64,000 nt of DNA from Candidatus Parcubacteria bacterium. GTDB taxonomy: Bacteria; Patescibacteriota; Minisyncoccia; UBA6257; HR35. The notes under the pieces are model-generated. The model had not been told where the DNA came from. It made no database searches and saw only the letters and a program-made list of their open reading frames with translations. The DNA lies in assembly GCA_025999335.1 (NCBI GenBank), contig AP024681.1, positions 395,547 to 459,546 of the forward strand, written 5' to 3'. Positions 17,905 to 27,286 of the stretch are shown in pieces (the stretch's first letter is position 1; each line of letters opens with the position of its first letter). The position numbers and the translations under genes are program-made.

Positions 17905-19447
17905 TTTTAAGATTTTAACTGCCGACAATCTTCTTAGCGATAAGGAAGCAGCTATTAAAAAAGTTAACATTGATAAAAGGGATAATTTGATTATTGAAAA
18001 TAAGCCCGAAGTGACAAATATTAATTCTCTTAACAATAATACTGCCAATGTTTCACCGCCATCGCCATTATCTTCTTCAGAGCAGCAGCCCTCCAACGTT
18101 TCTTTCTTAAGTAAATTTTCTTCTCTTTTGAGTTCTAGCCGAACCGAAAAAAAACAAGAAATTGATCAACCAATAAACATTGTTTATGATCAAGAGTTAA
18201 CCAAAAAACAAGAAGTAGACATAGATAAAAAAGATAGTTCTTTGTTTTATCAGCCAACAGTAAAAGAAATTTTAAAAACAGCCGCTTCAGCTAAGTCTGA
18301 GAAAATAAGAGAAATTACCGCTTCTTCAGAAGAGCCGGCTGTTAAACAAAGTTTAGGTTATAGAGTTTTGATGTTTTTTATAATTATTCTTGCTTTAAGC
18401 AGTGTTAGTTTTTACTTTTTAAAAGATAATCCATTTGTAAGTAAGCTATGGAAAGGCGATAATAGTCAACCTATATTTCCGACTCTTAAATTTTCTTACT
18501 TTGATCCTTCAGCAAAAACAACAGAAACTACAACTACAATTACAACAACTGCAAATGAGCAAGACAACGGTCTCGCTTCTAATAAATTGTTTACCCTTGT
18601 TACTTTTACCTCTTCCGAACAAGTATCAACGAACAATATTCAAAATTTAACTACATCACCAATAACAACCGAAACATCAACTATGCCTTTAACAACTCCA
18701 ACAACTCCTAATACTTCTTCGGAACAATTGCCAGTAACTACTACTACTACCATAGTGGCAACTACTAATAATAATCAACCAACATCATCAGCGCCAAAAG
18801 AAGTAACAGAAATTAAAAACGAAACTAAACCAGCAGATAAAGCTACTGACATTGATTCTTTGCCAGCAGCGCAAAAATTAGATTTTACAGATAATTTCAA
18901 AGCTCTCCCAGTTAATTTAGACAATAATTCTTTAGATGCGTTTGCTAAAGCTTTAAAAGCTGAATCAGCTAAATTAAAGACAGTTGGTTCGATTTATTAC
19001 TTAGATTTTTCGATTAACGATGGTCAAATATCAATCAAACCGGTGCTTGATTATTTTTTTCAACCAAACAAAGCTATAATATCTTTATTTGGGAAATTTA
19101 AAAATAATCTTTCGGGTAATTTTGCTTTATTATTTTATTATAGCTATACCCGAGTTTATCCGATTTTAGTTTTAGAAGTAAAAGATAGCGCCATGGCAAA
19201 ATCTTTTATGGAATTATGGGAAAAGAAGGGAATGAGCAATGATTTGCAGACGATTTTTCTTGTTAATGCTAAATTAACACCGTTAACCAAAGATTTTACA
19301 AAGAAATTTTATCAAAATATTGAATATAAAACCCAGAATTTTGAAAAGAATTTTGTTTTATCATGGTCAGTAGTTAAGCAATATTTAGTTATCGCAGCTA
19401 CTGATAAAAAAATTGACTATTTATTATCAATTTTAAGTAATTATTAA
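17876..19447 (+). CDS. hypothetical membrane protein with Ser/Thr-rich low-complexity regions
   Basis: 523-aa ORF. One clear transmembrane segment (VLMFFIIILALSSVSFYFL). Long T/S/N-rich stretches. Confidence 0.35.
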   Translation: MSEEPQKKIDFKILTADNLLSDKEAAIKKVNIDKRDNLIIENKPEVTNINSLNNNTANVSPPSPLSSSEQQPSNVSFLSKFSSLLSSSRTEKKQEIDQPINIVYDQELTKKQEVDIDKKDSSLFYQPTVKEILKTAASAKSEKIREITASSEEPAVKQSLGYRVLMFFIIILALSSVSFYFLKDNPFVSKLWKGDNSQPIFPTLKFSYFDPSAKTTETTTTITTTANEQDNGLASNKLFTLVTFTSSEQVSTNNIQNLTTSPITTETSTMPLTTPTTPNTSSEQLPVTTTTTIVATTNNNQPTSSAPKEVTEIKNETKPADKATDIDSLPAAQKLDFTDNFKALPVNLDNNSLDAFAKALKAESAKLKTVGSIYYLDFSINDGQISIKPVLDYFFQPNKAIISLFGKFKNNLSGNFALLFYYSYTRVYPILVLEVKDSAMAKSFMELWEKKGMSNDLQTIFLVNAKLTPLTKDFTKKFYQNIEYKTQNFEKNFVLSWSVVKQYLVIAATDKKIDYLLSILSNY

Positions 19448-19776
19448 TGTTTAATTTAGAAGAAATTAAGTTAAAACTTAATAAAGAGCAACAGGAAATA
19501 AAAGAAACTCTTGAAGAAATTCAACTTGAATTTGAGGAAGTTGTTAGCGAAAGAACTGGCGCTACTGATGAATTAGCTGATCAATATGAGGTAAAATCAG
19601 AAACTTCCTTACAGAAAAAAATACTTTCTAACAGATTAAAGCAGATAAGCAGAGCTTTAAAAAAAATTGAGGAAGGCACTTACGGTAAATGCGATAATTG
19701 TCATTTGGATATAGAAGCGTCACGTTTGAATATAGATTATGCTGTTAATGTTTGTCGTAAATGTTCTCGCGGCTAA
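19447..19776 (+). CDS. DksA/TraR-family C4-type zinc-finger protein
   Basis: 109 aa. N-terminal coiled coil and C-terminal CDNCHLDIE...VCRKCSRG (CxxC-x17-CxxC). Confidence 0.6.
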   Translation: MFNLEEIKLKLNKEQQEIKETLEEIQLEFEEVVSERTGATDELADQYEVKSETSLQKKILSNRLKQISRALKKIEEGTYGKCDNCHLDIEASRLNIDYAVNVCRKCSRG

Positions 19777-20791
19777 AAACTTCTAAATTATTCCAATCAA
19801 CAAGCGAAGGATGGCTATTGTTTAATAAGGTTAAATAACCAGCTATAGCTATATTTAACCCGTTGTCTGTTGATAGTTCTTTTGGTGGAAATAAAATCTT
19901 ATATTGTTTGAAAAATTTTTTAACCTGTTTTCTTAAGTTGCCATTAGCTGAAACGCCACCGCCGATTAAGATAGACTTACAATTATAAGTTTCAGCCGCT
20001 TTTTTTATTTTAAAGATTAAAATTTCAGAAACTGTTTTTTGTAAAGAAGCACTTAAATCACATATTGTTTGTTCGTCAAGTTTTTTTAATTTTTTTATAT
20101 CAGCAACAAGATCAATAAAAGCTGTTTTTAAGCCCGAGAAACTAAAAGTATAACTTTTTTGTATCATTGGTTTAGGTAAGGCAAAGAAATTTTTTGCTTG
20201 CCTAGCTTTTTTCTCAATTATTGGACCGCCGGGATAACCTAATCCTAAAGCTCGAGCGCATTTATCAATAATTTCACCAGCAGCATCATCAACAGTTGCT
20301 CCTAAAAGTCTTTTTTCCGCCCAACTTTTAAAAAGATATAAATTAGTATGGCCTCCAGAAACCACTAAAACAATAGCTGGAAAGACAACTGTTTTAATTT
20401 CTTGCCAAACCCCGATTTTGTTATTAATTAGACAAGCATAAGTGTGCGCTTCTAAATGATTAACTTTGATGATTTTTTTGTTTAGTTTTTTTGCTAAACC
20501 AATTACAAATTCTTTACCAGAAACTAAAGCTGGTAGTAGTCCTGGACCAGCAGAAAATGCTAAATAATCTATCTTCTTAAGATCAAATTTTTTTTCAATG
20601 TTTTTTAAAAGTAAAGGTAAATTTTTATGATGCTCTCTTGCCGCTAAGATAGGAACAACGCCTCCGTATTTTTGATGGACAGAATATTGCAAAGCTAATT
20701 CATTATTAATAATTTTAATTTTATTATCTTTAGCTTCAATTAGAGCAATGCCGCTTTCATCGCAAGTTGTTTCAATTCCTAAGATATACAT
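19745..20791 (-). CDS. tsaD: tRNA N6-adenosine threonylcarbamoyltransferase TsaD (Kae1/Gcp family)
   Basis: 348 aa. MYILGIETTCDESGIALI..., ...VVSGGHTNLY..., ...LIGGGVSANGNLR... Confidence 0.85.
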   Translation of the reverse strand: MYILGIETTCDESGIALIEAKDNKIKIINNELALQYSVHQKYGGVVPILAAREHHKNLPLLLKNIEKKFDLKKIDYLAFSAGPGLLPALVSGKEFVIGLAKKLNKKIIKVNHLEAHTYACLINNKIGVWQEIKTVVFPAIVLVVSGGHTNLYLFKSWAEKRLLGATVDDAAGEIIDKCARALGLGYPGGPIIEKKARQAKNFFALPKPMIQKSYTFSFSGLKTAFIDLVADIKKLKKLDEQTICDLSASLQKTVSEILIFKIKKAAETYNCKSILIGGGVSANGNLRKQVKKFFKQYKILFPPKELSTDNGLNIAIAGYLTLLNNSHPSLVDWNNLEVFSRENIYDKH

Positions 20792-21339
20792 TTATTTTTG
20801 TGAAAATTAATTTTTTGTGTTATAATTTTAACACAAAATTGATAGATCCAAGACTTATTAAATTAAAACCAGATAAGATAAGACTCATTGATAACGATGG
20901 TAAGCAAGCAGGTGTTTTTGATTTTGAACAAGCTTGTCAGATTGCTGCCGATAAAAATTTAGATTTGATTTTATTAAATGCTCATCAAGATCCAGTAGTT
21001 GTTCGTTTAGGTAATTATTCTTATTTTAAATATCAACAGGAAAAGAAACAACGACAAGCTACCAAGAAAAGAAAAGAAACTAAAGAAATAAGAATTAGTT
21101 TTCAAGAAGCAAAATTTGATATGCAGCGCAAAGCCCAGCTGATTAAATCTTTTTTAGAGGAAGGGCATCAAATTCAAGTAAAGCTTATGTTAAAAGGTAG
21201 AGAAAATTTATTTTTAGATATGGCAGAAGCAAAATTAAATGATTTTTTAAGCTTAATTAAAGAATTTACGAATTATAAAATTGTTCAATCACCAAAAAAG
21301 GTTGGTAATTTTTATTATGTCGTTTTAAGTAAAGCATAA
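20767..21339 (+). CDS. infC: translation initiation factor IF-3. True start is probably a downstream non-AUG codon, for example TTG at 20839.
   Basis: ...KIRLIDNDGKQAGVFDFEQACQIAADKNLDLILLNAHQDPVVVRLGNY... and C-terminal domain ...IRISFQEAKFDMQRKAQLIKSFLEEGHQIQVKLMLKGRE... The ORF-track start overlaps tsaD. A -35/-10 pair (TTGTGA/TATAAT) lies inside the 5' end of the ORF. Confidence 0.8.
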   Translation: MFQFLRYTFIFVKINFLCYNFNTKLIDPRLIKLKPDKIRLIDNDGKQAGVFDFEQACQIAADKNLDLILLNAHQDPVVVRLGNYSYFKYQQEKKQRQATKKRKETKEIRISFQEAKFDMQRKAQLIKSFLEEGHQIQVKLMLKGRENLFLDMAEAKLNDFLSLIKEFTNYKIVQSPKKVGNFYYVVLSKA

Positions 21340-21356
21340 ATTTAATGTTTTTTATT

Positions 21357-21521
21357 ATGCGTAAAGCCTTCACAAAGCGTTTTAAAATTACTAAAAAAGG
21401 AAAGATTTTAAGAAGAAGCGCTGGAATTAGTCATTTTTTAGCCAAAAAATCATCTAAACAAACACATCGCAAAAAAAGACTTAAACAGAGCGTTGATTTT
21501 TTATTAGACTATAAATTATAA
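21357..21521 (+). CDS. rpmI: 50S ribosomal protein L35. Not in the ORF track; 54 aa.
   Basis: Hand translation: MRKAFTKRFKITKKGKILRRSAGISHFLAKKSSKQTHRKKRLKQSVDFLLDYKL*. Typical basic L35, in the canonical position after infC. Confidence 0.8.
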   Translation: MRKAFTKRFKITKKGKILRRSAGISHFLAKKSSKQTHRKKRLKQSVDFLLDYKL

Positions 21522-21524
21522 TCA

Positions 21525-22082
21525 ATGGATAGGTTACCACAATTAAAAATAGTTATTTCTGGCGCTGCGGTAACAACTCCTTGTCGTGAAGATATGCATG
21601 AGATTGCTTATGAAATAGGTAAAGAATTGGCAAAAAGAAATGTTTTATTATTGACTGGCGCCACCACCGGTGTTCCTTTGTGGGCGGCTAAAGGAGCTTA
21701 TGAAAATGGTGGTATTGTTATTGGTATTTCTCCGGCGCGTAGTTATTTAGAACATGTTAAGGTTTATAAACTTCCTATAGATTTTCATCATACTATTTTA
21801 TACAGTGGTGAGGGTTATAGCGGAAGAAATCTGTTGTTAATTAAAATGGGCGACGGAGCTTTATTTTTGTGTGGGAGAATAGGCACATTAAATGAATTTA
21901 CAAATGCTTTTGAAGAAGATAAGCCTATGGGTGTTTTATTAAATTCAGGTGGCACTGAGCCTTATTTTCAAGATATCGTCCGCGATGCTCATCGTGGTTC
22001 GGGTAAAATTGTTTGGGAAGAAAATTATCAAAACTTAATAGATCAATTAATCGCCTTAATTAATAAAGAAATGGAAGAATGA
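21525..22082 (+). CDS. LOG/TIGR00725-like Rossmann-fold (SLOG) protein
   Basis: 185 aa. ...LLLTGATTGVPLWAAKGAYENGG... and ...CGRIGTLNEF... resemble the LOG-family GGxGxM and PGGxGTxxE motifs. Occupies the slot where rplT normally follows rpmI. Confidence 0.45.
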   Translation: MDRLPQLKIVISGAAVTTPCREDMHEIAYEIGKELAKRNVLLLTGATTGVPLWAAKGAYENGGIVIGISPARSYLEHVKVYKLPIDFHHTILYSGEGYSGRNLLLIKMGDGALFLCGRIGTLNEFTNAFEEDKPMGVLLNSGGTEPYFQDIVRDAHRGSGKIVWEENYQNLIDQLIALINKEMEE

Positions 22083-22498
22083 ATGATCAGGTTATTGAAA
22101 TAATTTTTAGATTTTTTTTAGCAGCTGTTATTGGAGCTTTAATAGGTGCTGAAAGAAGTTTAGCTCACAAACAAGCTGGCTTAAGAACATTTGCTTTAGT
22201 TTCTTTAGGCGCAGCGATTTTTTCTTATTTAGGAGTTATGCTTGACCCAGGAGCGCCTTCGCGTGTTTTAGCAAATTTAGTTGTAGGCATAGGTTTTATT
22301 GGGGCAGGGATAATATTTCTTCATCAAGAAAAAATTATAGGTTTAACCACAGCGGCAGCTTTATGGGTAACAACGGCTGTCGGAGCTTTAATAGGCACGG
22401 GTTATTATTTTTTATCGTTTTTTACCTCTCTAGTAGTTATTGTTGTGCTTTGGGCTTTAGTTTATATTGAACATTTTATAAGATCTAAGAATGATTAA
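22079..22498 (+). CDS. MgtC/SapB-family membrane protein
   Basis: 139 aa. ...FLAAVIGALIGAERSLAHKQAGLRTFALVSLGAAIF... is the MgtC signature. Confidence 0.7.
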   Translation: MNDQVIEIIFRFFLAAVIGALIGAERSLAHKQAGLRTFALVSLGAAIFSYLGVMLDPGAPSRVLANLVVGIGFIGAGIIFLHQEKIIGLTTAAALWVTTAVGALIGTGYYFLSFFTSLVVIVVLWALVYIEHFIRSKND

Positions 22499-23594
22499 CT
22501 CTTTAAAAGCTTTTTTTGTTTTAATTAGCACGATAATTGGTTTAGGAGTCTTTATGTTGCCATATGTTTTTGTTAACAGCGGTTATGTTTTTTTTATTTG
22601 GATGTTTTTAATTGTTATTGTAATGTTTCTTATTCATCTTATGATTGGCGAAATTCTTTTGCAAACTTCAGCAAAACATAATTTACCGTCGTTAGCAGCT
22701 ATTTATTTATCACCGAAGCTTAAAAACATAGTCTGGTTTAATGATTATTTAGGTATGTTGGGCATCTTTTTTATTTATTTAATAGTTTTAGGTAAATTGT
22801 GGAGTAGTATTCTGCCGGTTGATGCTATATATATAAAATTAGTCTTTGTGTTGCTTAATATTATTTTTTTAGTGAAAAATTTTTTAATTTTTTCTCGTTT
22901 TGAATCAGTGCTATCTTTATTAATTATTGCCCTCTTTATTATTTTAGCCGCAGTGATGTTTAACCATTTTAATTTCAATAATTTGTATTATTCTTTTTTT
23001 AATATTCAAAATTTTTGGTTGCCTTACGGAATTATGATTTTTGCTTTTAGTGGCAATTCAGCTTTGCCTTTAGTTTATGATTTAGTTGGCAAAGATAAAA
23101 AGAAATTTTTTTATGTTAATCTTATAGCTTTATTAGTCGTTGCTTTTTTGTATTTACTTTATACTATTGCGGTCGTTGGTTTTTTGGGTATTAATGTTAG
23201 CGAAGAATCTTTAAACAGTTTACGTGACTACTTAGGAGATGTTTTTTTTGTTTTGGCTGTTTTGTTGGTTACTTTGAATATTACTTTTGTTGATATGGCT
23301 TTTTATTTAAAAAGAGGCTTAATATATGATTATTCTCTTTCGCCGACTAAAGCCAATATTTTTTTAAGTTTATGCATTTTAAGTCTTATTTTTATTGATT
23401 CTAGTCAAATTGTTTTTTTAGCGAATGTTGTTAGTTCTTTGTTTGTTGGTTTTAACTTTTTTATTATTTGTTTAATATATCTAAAGCTTAAACAAAAACT
23501 TTATTTTAATCTTTCTAAAATAATTATTTTTCTTTTAATGACAATTTTTCTATCAGGCATATGTTATTCTTTGTATTCCATCTTGATTAATTAA
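22491..23594 (+). CDS. polytopic membrane protein, possibly a hydroxy/aromatic amino-acid permease (HAAAP)-like transporter
   Basis: 367 aa, about 11 hydrophobic helices. ...IFAFSGNSALPLV... resembles the HAAAP FGFHG..P motif. Confidence 0.3.
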   Translation: MINSLKAFFVLISTIIGLGVFMLPYVFVNSGYVFFIWMFLIVIVMFLIHLMIGEILLQTSAKHNLPSLAAIYLSPKLKNIVWFNDYLGMLGIFFIYLIVLGKLWSSILPVDAIYIKLVFVLLNIIFLVKNFLIFSRFESVLSLLIIALFIILAAVMFNHFNFNNLYYSFFNIQNFWLPYGIMIFAFSGNSALPLVYDLVGKDKKKFFYVNLIALLVVAFLYLLYTIAVVGFLGINVSEESLNSLRDYLGDVFFVLAVLLVTLNITFVDMAFYLKRGLIYDYSLSPTKANIFLSLCILSLIFIDSSQIVFLANVVSSLFVGFNFFIICLIYLKLKQKLYFNLSKIIIFLLMTIFLSGICYSLYSILIN

Positions 23595-23601
23595 TATAAT
23601 T

Positions 23602-24825
23602 ATGAGTGATTATCATCAACAAGGATTTTCTTTAATAGAAATTTTACTTGTTATTATTATAATTTCCGTTTTATCAGGTATATTTTTTTTCTTCTTTAAT
23701 TATTCTGAAATTAATCGCATTAATAGAGATGTTCAGCGTTTAAACGATTTGTCAGTTTTAAGGTTTGTTATTGACAATCTAAACTTAGATGCTCTCGATG
23801 ATTTAGAAAATAATATTTATTTATCTTTACCGGACACAACTTCTTCTTGCGCGAATTATAATTTAAACACTATTTATTCGCCTTTTGCCTATAAATGTCA
23901 GCCGGCTGCTAATTTAAGGAATACGGATTCTTCAGGATGGTTGCCAATTAATATGCAGTCGCAATCTATTGTTGGCATAAATTCTTTGCCTCTTGATCCT
24001 TTGAATAATGAACAATACTTTTATGCTTTTCAGGTTAAAGATAAAAAATATAAATTATCAGCAAGATTAGAATCAAGTTCTAAGGGAGCCGAGATGGTTT
24101 ATGATGGTGGCAGTAATTTAACTTTATATGAAGTTGGTAGTGGTCTTAATTTTGCGTCAGTTCACGACGGTTTAGTTGGTGCTTGGCATTTTGACGAACA
24201 AAGCACATCTACTCTTTTAGATTCTTCTTTATATAATAATAGTGGTTTTAGTAAAAGCGGAAGTGTTAATTTTGATTTGCATACGACTTCAACATGTAAA
24301 ATTGGTTATTGTTTACGCTTCGATGGTGTTGATGACTATGCTTTAATTTCTAATTCTTCAGTGTTTAATTTTAGCAATAAAGGCTTTACACTTTTAGCTT
24401 GGATTAAGATTGAAAATTTAAATGCTTCCAGCGAACATTTTATTATTAGTCGTTATAATTGGAGTAATGGGTCTGGTTATGGTATGCAGGTCACTAATAC
24501 AGGTAAAATTAGATGTGATTTTAATGGTTCTTCTGGTTATTTTTTGTCAAACGAATCTTATGTACAGCCTAATAATTGGTATTTAATTGGTTGTGTTTAC
24601 GATGGACAATCTTTAAAAATATTTGTTAACGGTAAAGAGAAGGAAGCATCTTCTCGTTCTAATTTGATTAATGCTATTAATTCTAATATTTATATTGGCA
24701 CGCCTGCAGATGCCGTAGGTTCTGATAATTTTTCTTTTCAAGGAATGATTGACGAGGTTTATATTTATAACCGTCCCTTAAATGAACAAGAAATTAATTT
24801 AATTTATCAATTTAGACCTAATTAG
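23602..24825 (+). CDS. type IV pilin-like (pseudopilin) protein with a C-terminal LamG/concanavalin-like domain
   Basis: Prepilin motif QQGFSLIEILLVIIIISVLSG (G^FxLxE cleavage/methylation site). C-terminal ...GMIDEVYIYNRPLNEQEI... is typical of LamG-domain ends. Confidence 0.6.
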   Translation: MSDYHQQGFSLIEILLVIIIISVLSGIFFFFFNYSEINRINRDVQRLNDLSVLRFVIDNLNLDALDDLENNIYLSLPDTTSSCANYNLNTIYSPFAYKCQPAANLRNTDSSGWLPINMQSQSIVGINSLPLDPLNNEQYFYAFQVKDKKYKLSARLESSSKGAEMVYDGGSNLTLYEVGSGLNFASVHDGLVGAWHFDEQSTSTLLDSSLYNNSGFSKSGSVNFDLHTTSTCKIGYCLRFDGVDDYALISNSSVFNFSNKGFTLLAWIKIENLNASSEHFIISRYNWSNGSGYGMQVTNTGKIRCDFNGSSGYFLSNESYVQPNNWYLIGCVYDGQSLKIFVNGKEKEASSRSNLINAINSNIYIGTPADAVGSDNFSFQGMIDEVYIYNRPLNEQEINLIYQFRPN

Positions 24826-24836
24826 TTCTTTAACAA

Positions 24837-26618
24837 ATGATTGAAAAAATTAGAAACTTTGCGATTATCGCTCATATTGATCATGGCAAATCAACTTTGG
24901 CTGATAGATTTTTAGAGATTACTAAGACAGTGAGTATTGATAAATTACAGCCGCAATATTTAGATCAATTATCTTTAGAGCGTGAAAGGGGTATAACTAT
25001 TAAAATGCAACCAGTAACGATGAATTATAATGGCTATATTTTAAATTTAATCGATACCCCCGGTCATGTTGATTTTCATTACGAAGTTTCTCGCGCTTTA
25101 GCTGCGGTTGAAGGAGTTATTTTATTGATCGATGGCACTCAAGGCATTCAAGCTCAAACCATTGCTAATTTAGAATTGGCTAAAGAACAAAATTTAAAAA
25201 TTATTCCTGCGATTAACAAGATTGATTTGATTAAGTCAGATATCGATGATTTAATTTTAGATATTTATAATTTGACAGGTGAACAAAATGTTTTTTTAAT
25301 TTCAGGAAAAACAGGTTCTGGCGTTCAAGAACTATTGCAAGCTGTTATTGATAAAATACCTCCGCCATCTTCTTACTTTCAAGCTAATGACGATAATAAA
25401 ACTAAAGCGTTGATTTTTGATTCTCATTTTGATCCTTATAAAGGTATTATTGCTCATTTTAGATTATTCCGTGGTAGATTGAGTGTTGGCGATGAAGTAT
25501 ATTTAAACAGAGCGCGCTATAAATTTAAAATTGTTGAATTAGGAATTTTTAAACCCGAAATGGTTGGACAGAAATTTTTAGACGAGGGGATGATCGGCTA
25601 TATAGCTACCGGTATTAAAGACCCCGGTATTCTTAAAATAGGCGATAGTATTACTTTAGATTTAGACACTAAACCTTTGCCTGGCTATCAAGATCCTTTA
25701 CCAACTATTTTTGCTTCGATATTTCCTAACCAAGATATGAATTATTATCGTTTTGTTGAAAGTTTAAATAAATTACGACTTAATGATCCGGCAATTTTTA
25801 TTGAACCGATCACCAATAGCTTTTTAGGTAGAGGTTTTAATGTTGGTTGTCTGGGTCTTTTGCATTTAGAAATTTTTCAAGAAAGACTTCGACGAGAGTT
25901 TGAAACAGATATTATTATGACTTTACCATCAGTAAAGTATTTAGTAAATTTAACCGATAAAAGCAAAATTTTTATTCAAAATGCAAGTGAATTGCCGCCT
26001 TTAACAAAAATTGAGTCTATCGAAGAGCCAATAGCGGCTGTTGATATTTTTAGCTCACCTTATTATTTAGAAAAAATAGCTAGATTGATTAAAGATAGCC
26101 GTGGCGAAATTAAAGAAATTATTTATGAAAAAACTATTGTAAAAATAATCAGTTTTTTGCCTTTAGATGAAGTTATTGGAGGTTTTTATGATGAATTAAA
26201 ATCAGTATCAGCCGGTTATGCTTCCTTGCGTTGGCAATTAGCTGGTTACAAAAAAGAAGATTTAGTTAAATTAGATATTTTAATTGCTGAAGAAAAAGAG
26301 CCTTCTTTATCTCGTATTGTTCATCGTTCTCAAGCTGAAAAAATAGGTAGAAAAATTTTATTAAAGTTAAAAGAATTGTTACCTCGCCAAGAATTCCCAA
26401 TTAAATTACAAGCAGCTATTAACAAAAGAGTTATTGCTAGAGAGACAGTGCCCGCTATTTACAAAGATATCGCTGGTTGGCTTTACGGCGGTGATCGAAC
26501 AAGAAAAATGAAGCTTTGGCAAAAACAAAAAGCTGGCAAAAAGAAATTAGAAAAAATTTTTAAAGGTACGGTTAAAATTCCTAATGATGTTTTATTGAAA
26601 ATCTTAAAAATAAGATAA
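24837..26618 (+). CDS. lepA: elongation factor 4 (LepA)
   Basis: 593 aa. NFAIIAHIDHGKSTLADR..., DTPGHVDF, NKIDL, and LepA-specific C-terminal domain. Confidence 0.9.
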   Translation: MIEKIRNFAIIAHIDHGKSTLADRFLEITKTVSIDKLQPQYLDQLSLERERGITIKMQPVTMNYNGYILNLIDTPGHVDFHYEVSRALAAVEGVILLIDGTQGIQAQTIANLELAKEQNLKIIPAINKIDLIKSDIDDLILDIYNLTGEQNVFLISGKTGSGVQELLQAVIDKIPPPSSYFQANDDNKTKALIFDSHFDPYKGIIAHFRLFRGRLSVGDEVYLNRARYKFKIVELGIFKPEMVGQKFLDEGMIGYIATGIKDPGILKIGDSITLDLDTKPLPGYQDPLPTIFASIFPNQDMNYYRFVESLNKLRLNDPAIFIEPITNSFLGRGFNVGCLGLLHLEIFQERLRREFETDIIMTLPSVKYLVNLTDKSKIFIQNASELPPLTKIESIEEPIAAVDIFSSPYYLEKIARLIKDSRGEIKEIIYEKTIVKIISFLPLDEVIGGFYDELKSVSAGYASLRWQLAGYKKEDLVKLDILIAEEKEPSLSRIVHRSQAEKIGRKILLKLKELLPRQEFPIKLQAAINKRVIARETVPAIYKDIAGWLYGGDRTRKMKLWQKQKAGKKKLEKIFKGTVKIPNDVLLKILKIR

Positions 26619-26619
26619 A

Positions 26620-27057
26620 ATGAAATTTTTACTTCAAAAAGCAAGTGCAATTAAAATTTATAAAAATGATGAAGCGTTGATTGACATCCCTGCAGGTTTA
26701 TGTTTTTTAATTTATGTAGGTATAGAAAAAGGCGATGAAACAAAAGATTTAACTTTGATTGTTGACAATTTATTAAACTTACAATTAATTGATGAGAATA
26801 ATAAATTTAAAAAATCAATTAAAGATATACGTCCGCATTTAATTTTTATTTCTAACATAACCTTAATAGCTGCTTTTAAAAACTTGCGTATTAATTTTAA
26901 TCAATCTTTAGATAAAAAACTAGCGCAAGATATTTTCGATAATTTAATTTCACTTGTAGAACAACATAATTTGCCTATTTCTAAAATTGATTTTGGCAGT
27001 CAATTGAAAATTCAAGCTTTAAATTTAGGTCCGGTTAATTTTTTTATCAGTTTTTAA
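26620..27057 (+). CDS. dtd: D-aminoacyl-tRNA deacylase
   Basis: 145 aa. ...GLCFLIYVGIEKGD..., ...IFISNITLIA..., ...NLGPVNFFI (compare Dtd SQFTLAA / NDGPVT). Confidence 0.7.
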   Translation: MKFLLQKASAIKIYKNDEALIDIPAGLCFLIYVGIEKGDETKDLTLIVDNLLNLQLIDENNKFKKSIKDIRPHLIFISNITLIAAFKNLRINFNQSLDKKLAQDIFDNLISLVEQHNLPISKIDFGSQLKIQALNLGPVNFFISF

Positions 27058-27286
27058 GATCTTTACGCAATTTTTTAGTGTTTTCTATTTTTTGAAAATT
27101 ATTGTAAAATAATTTAGAATAGTTAATTTATGAGGAATTTTTTATTAGGTTTTTTCTTTTCAGATTTACTGTTATCGTTGATTTTATATTTTAAGCCACA
27201 ATTTACTGGTCGCATTGATGATAAGTTAATATTTTTTTCAATAATTTCTGATATTTTCTTGATTTTAGTTTTATTGTTAAGCAGTT

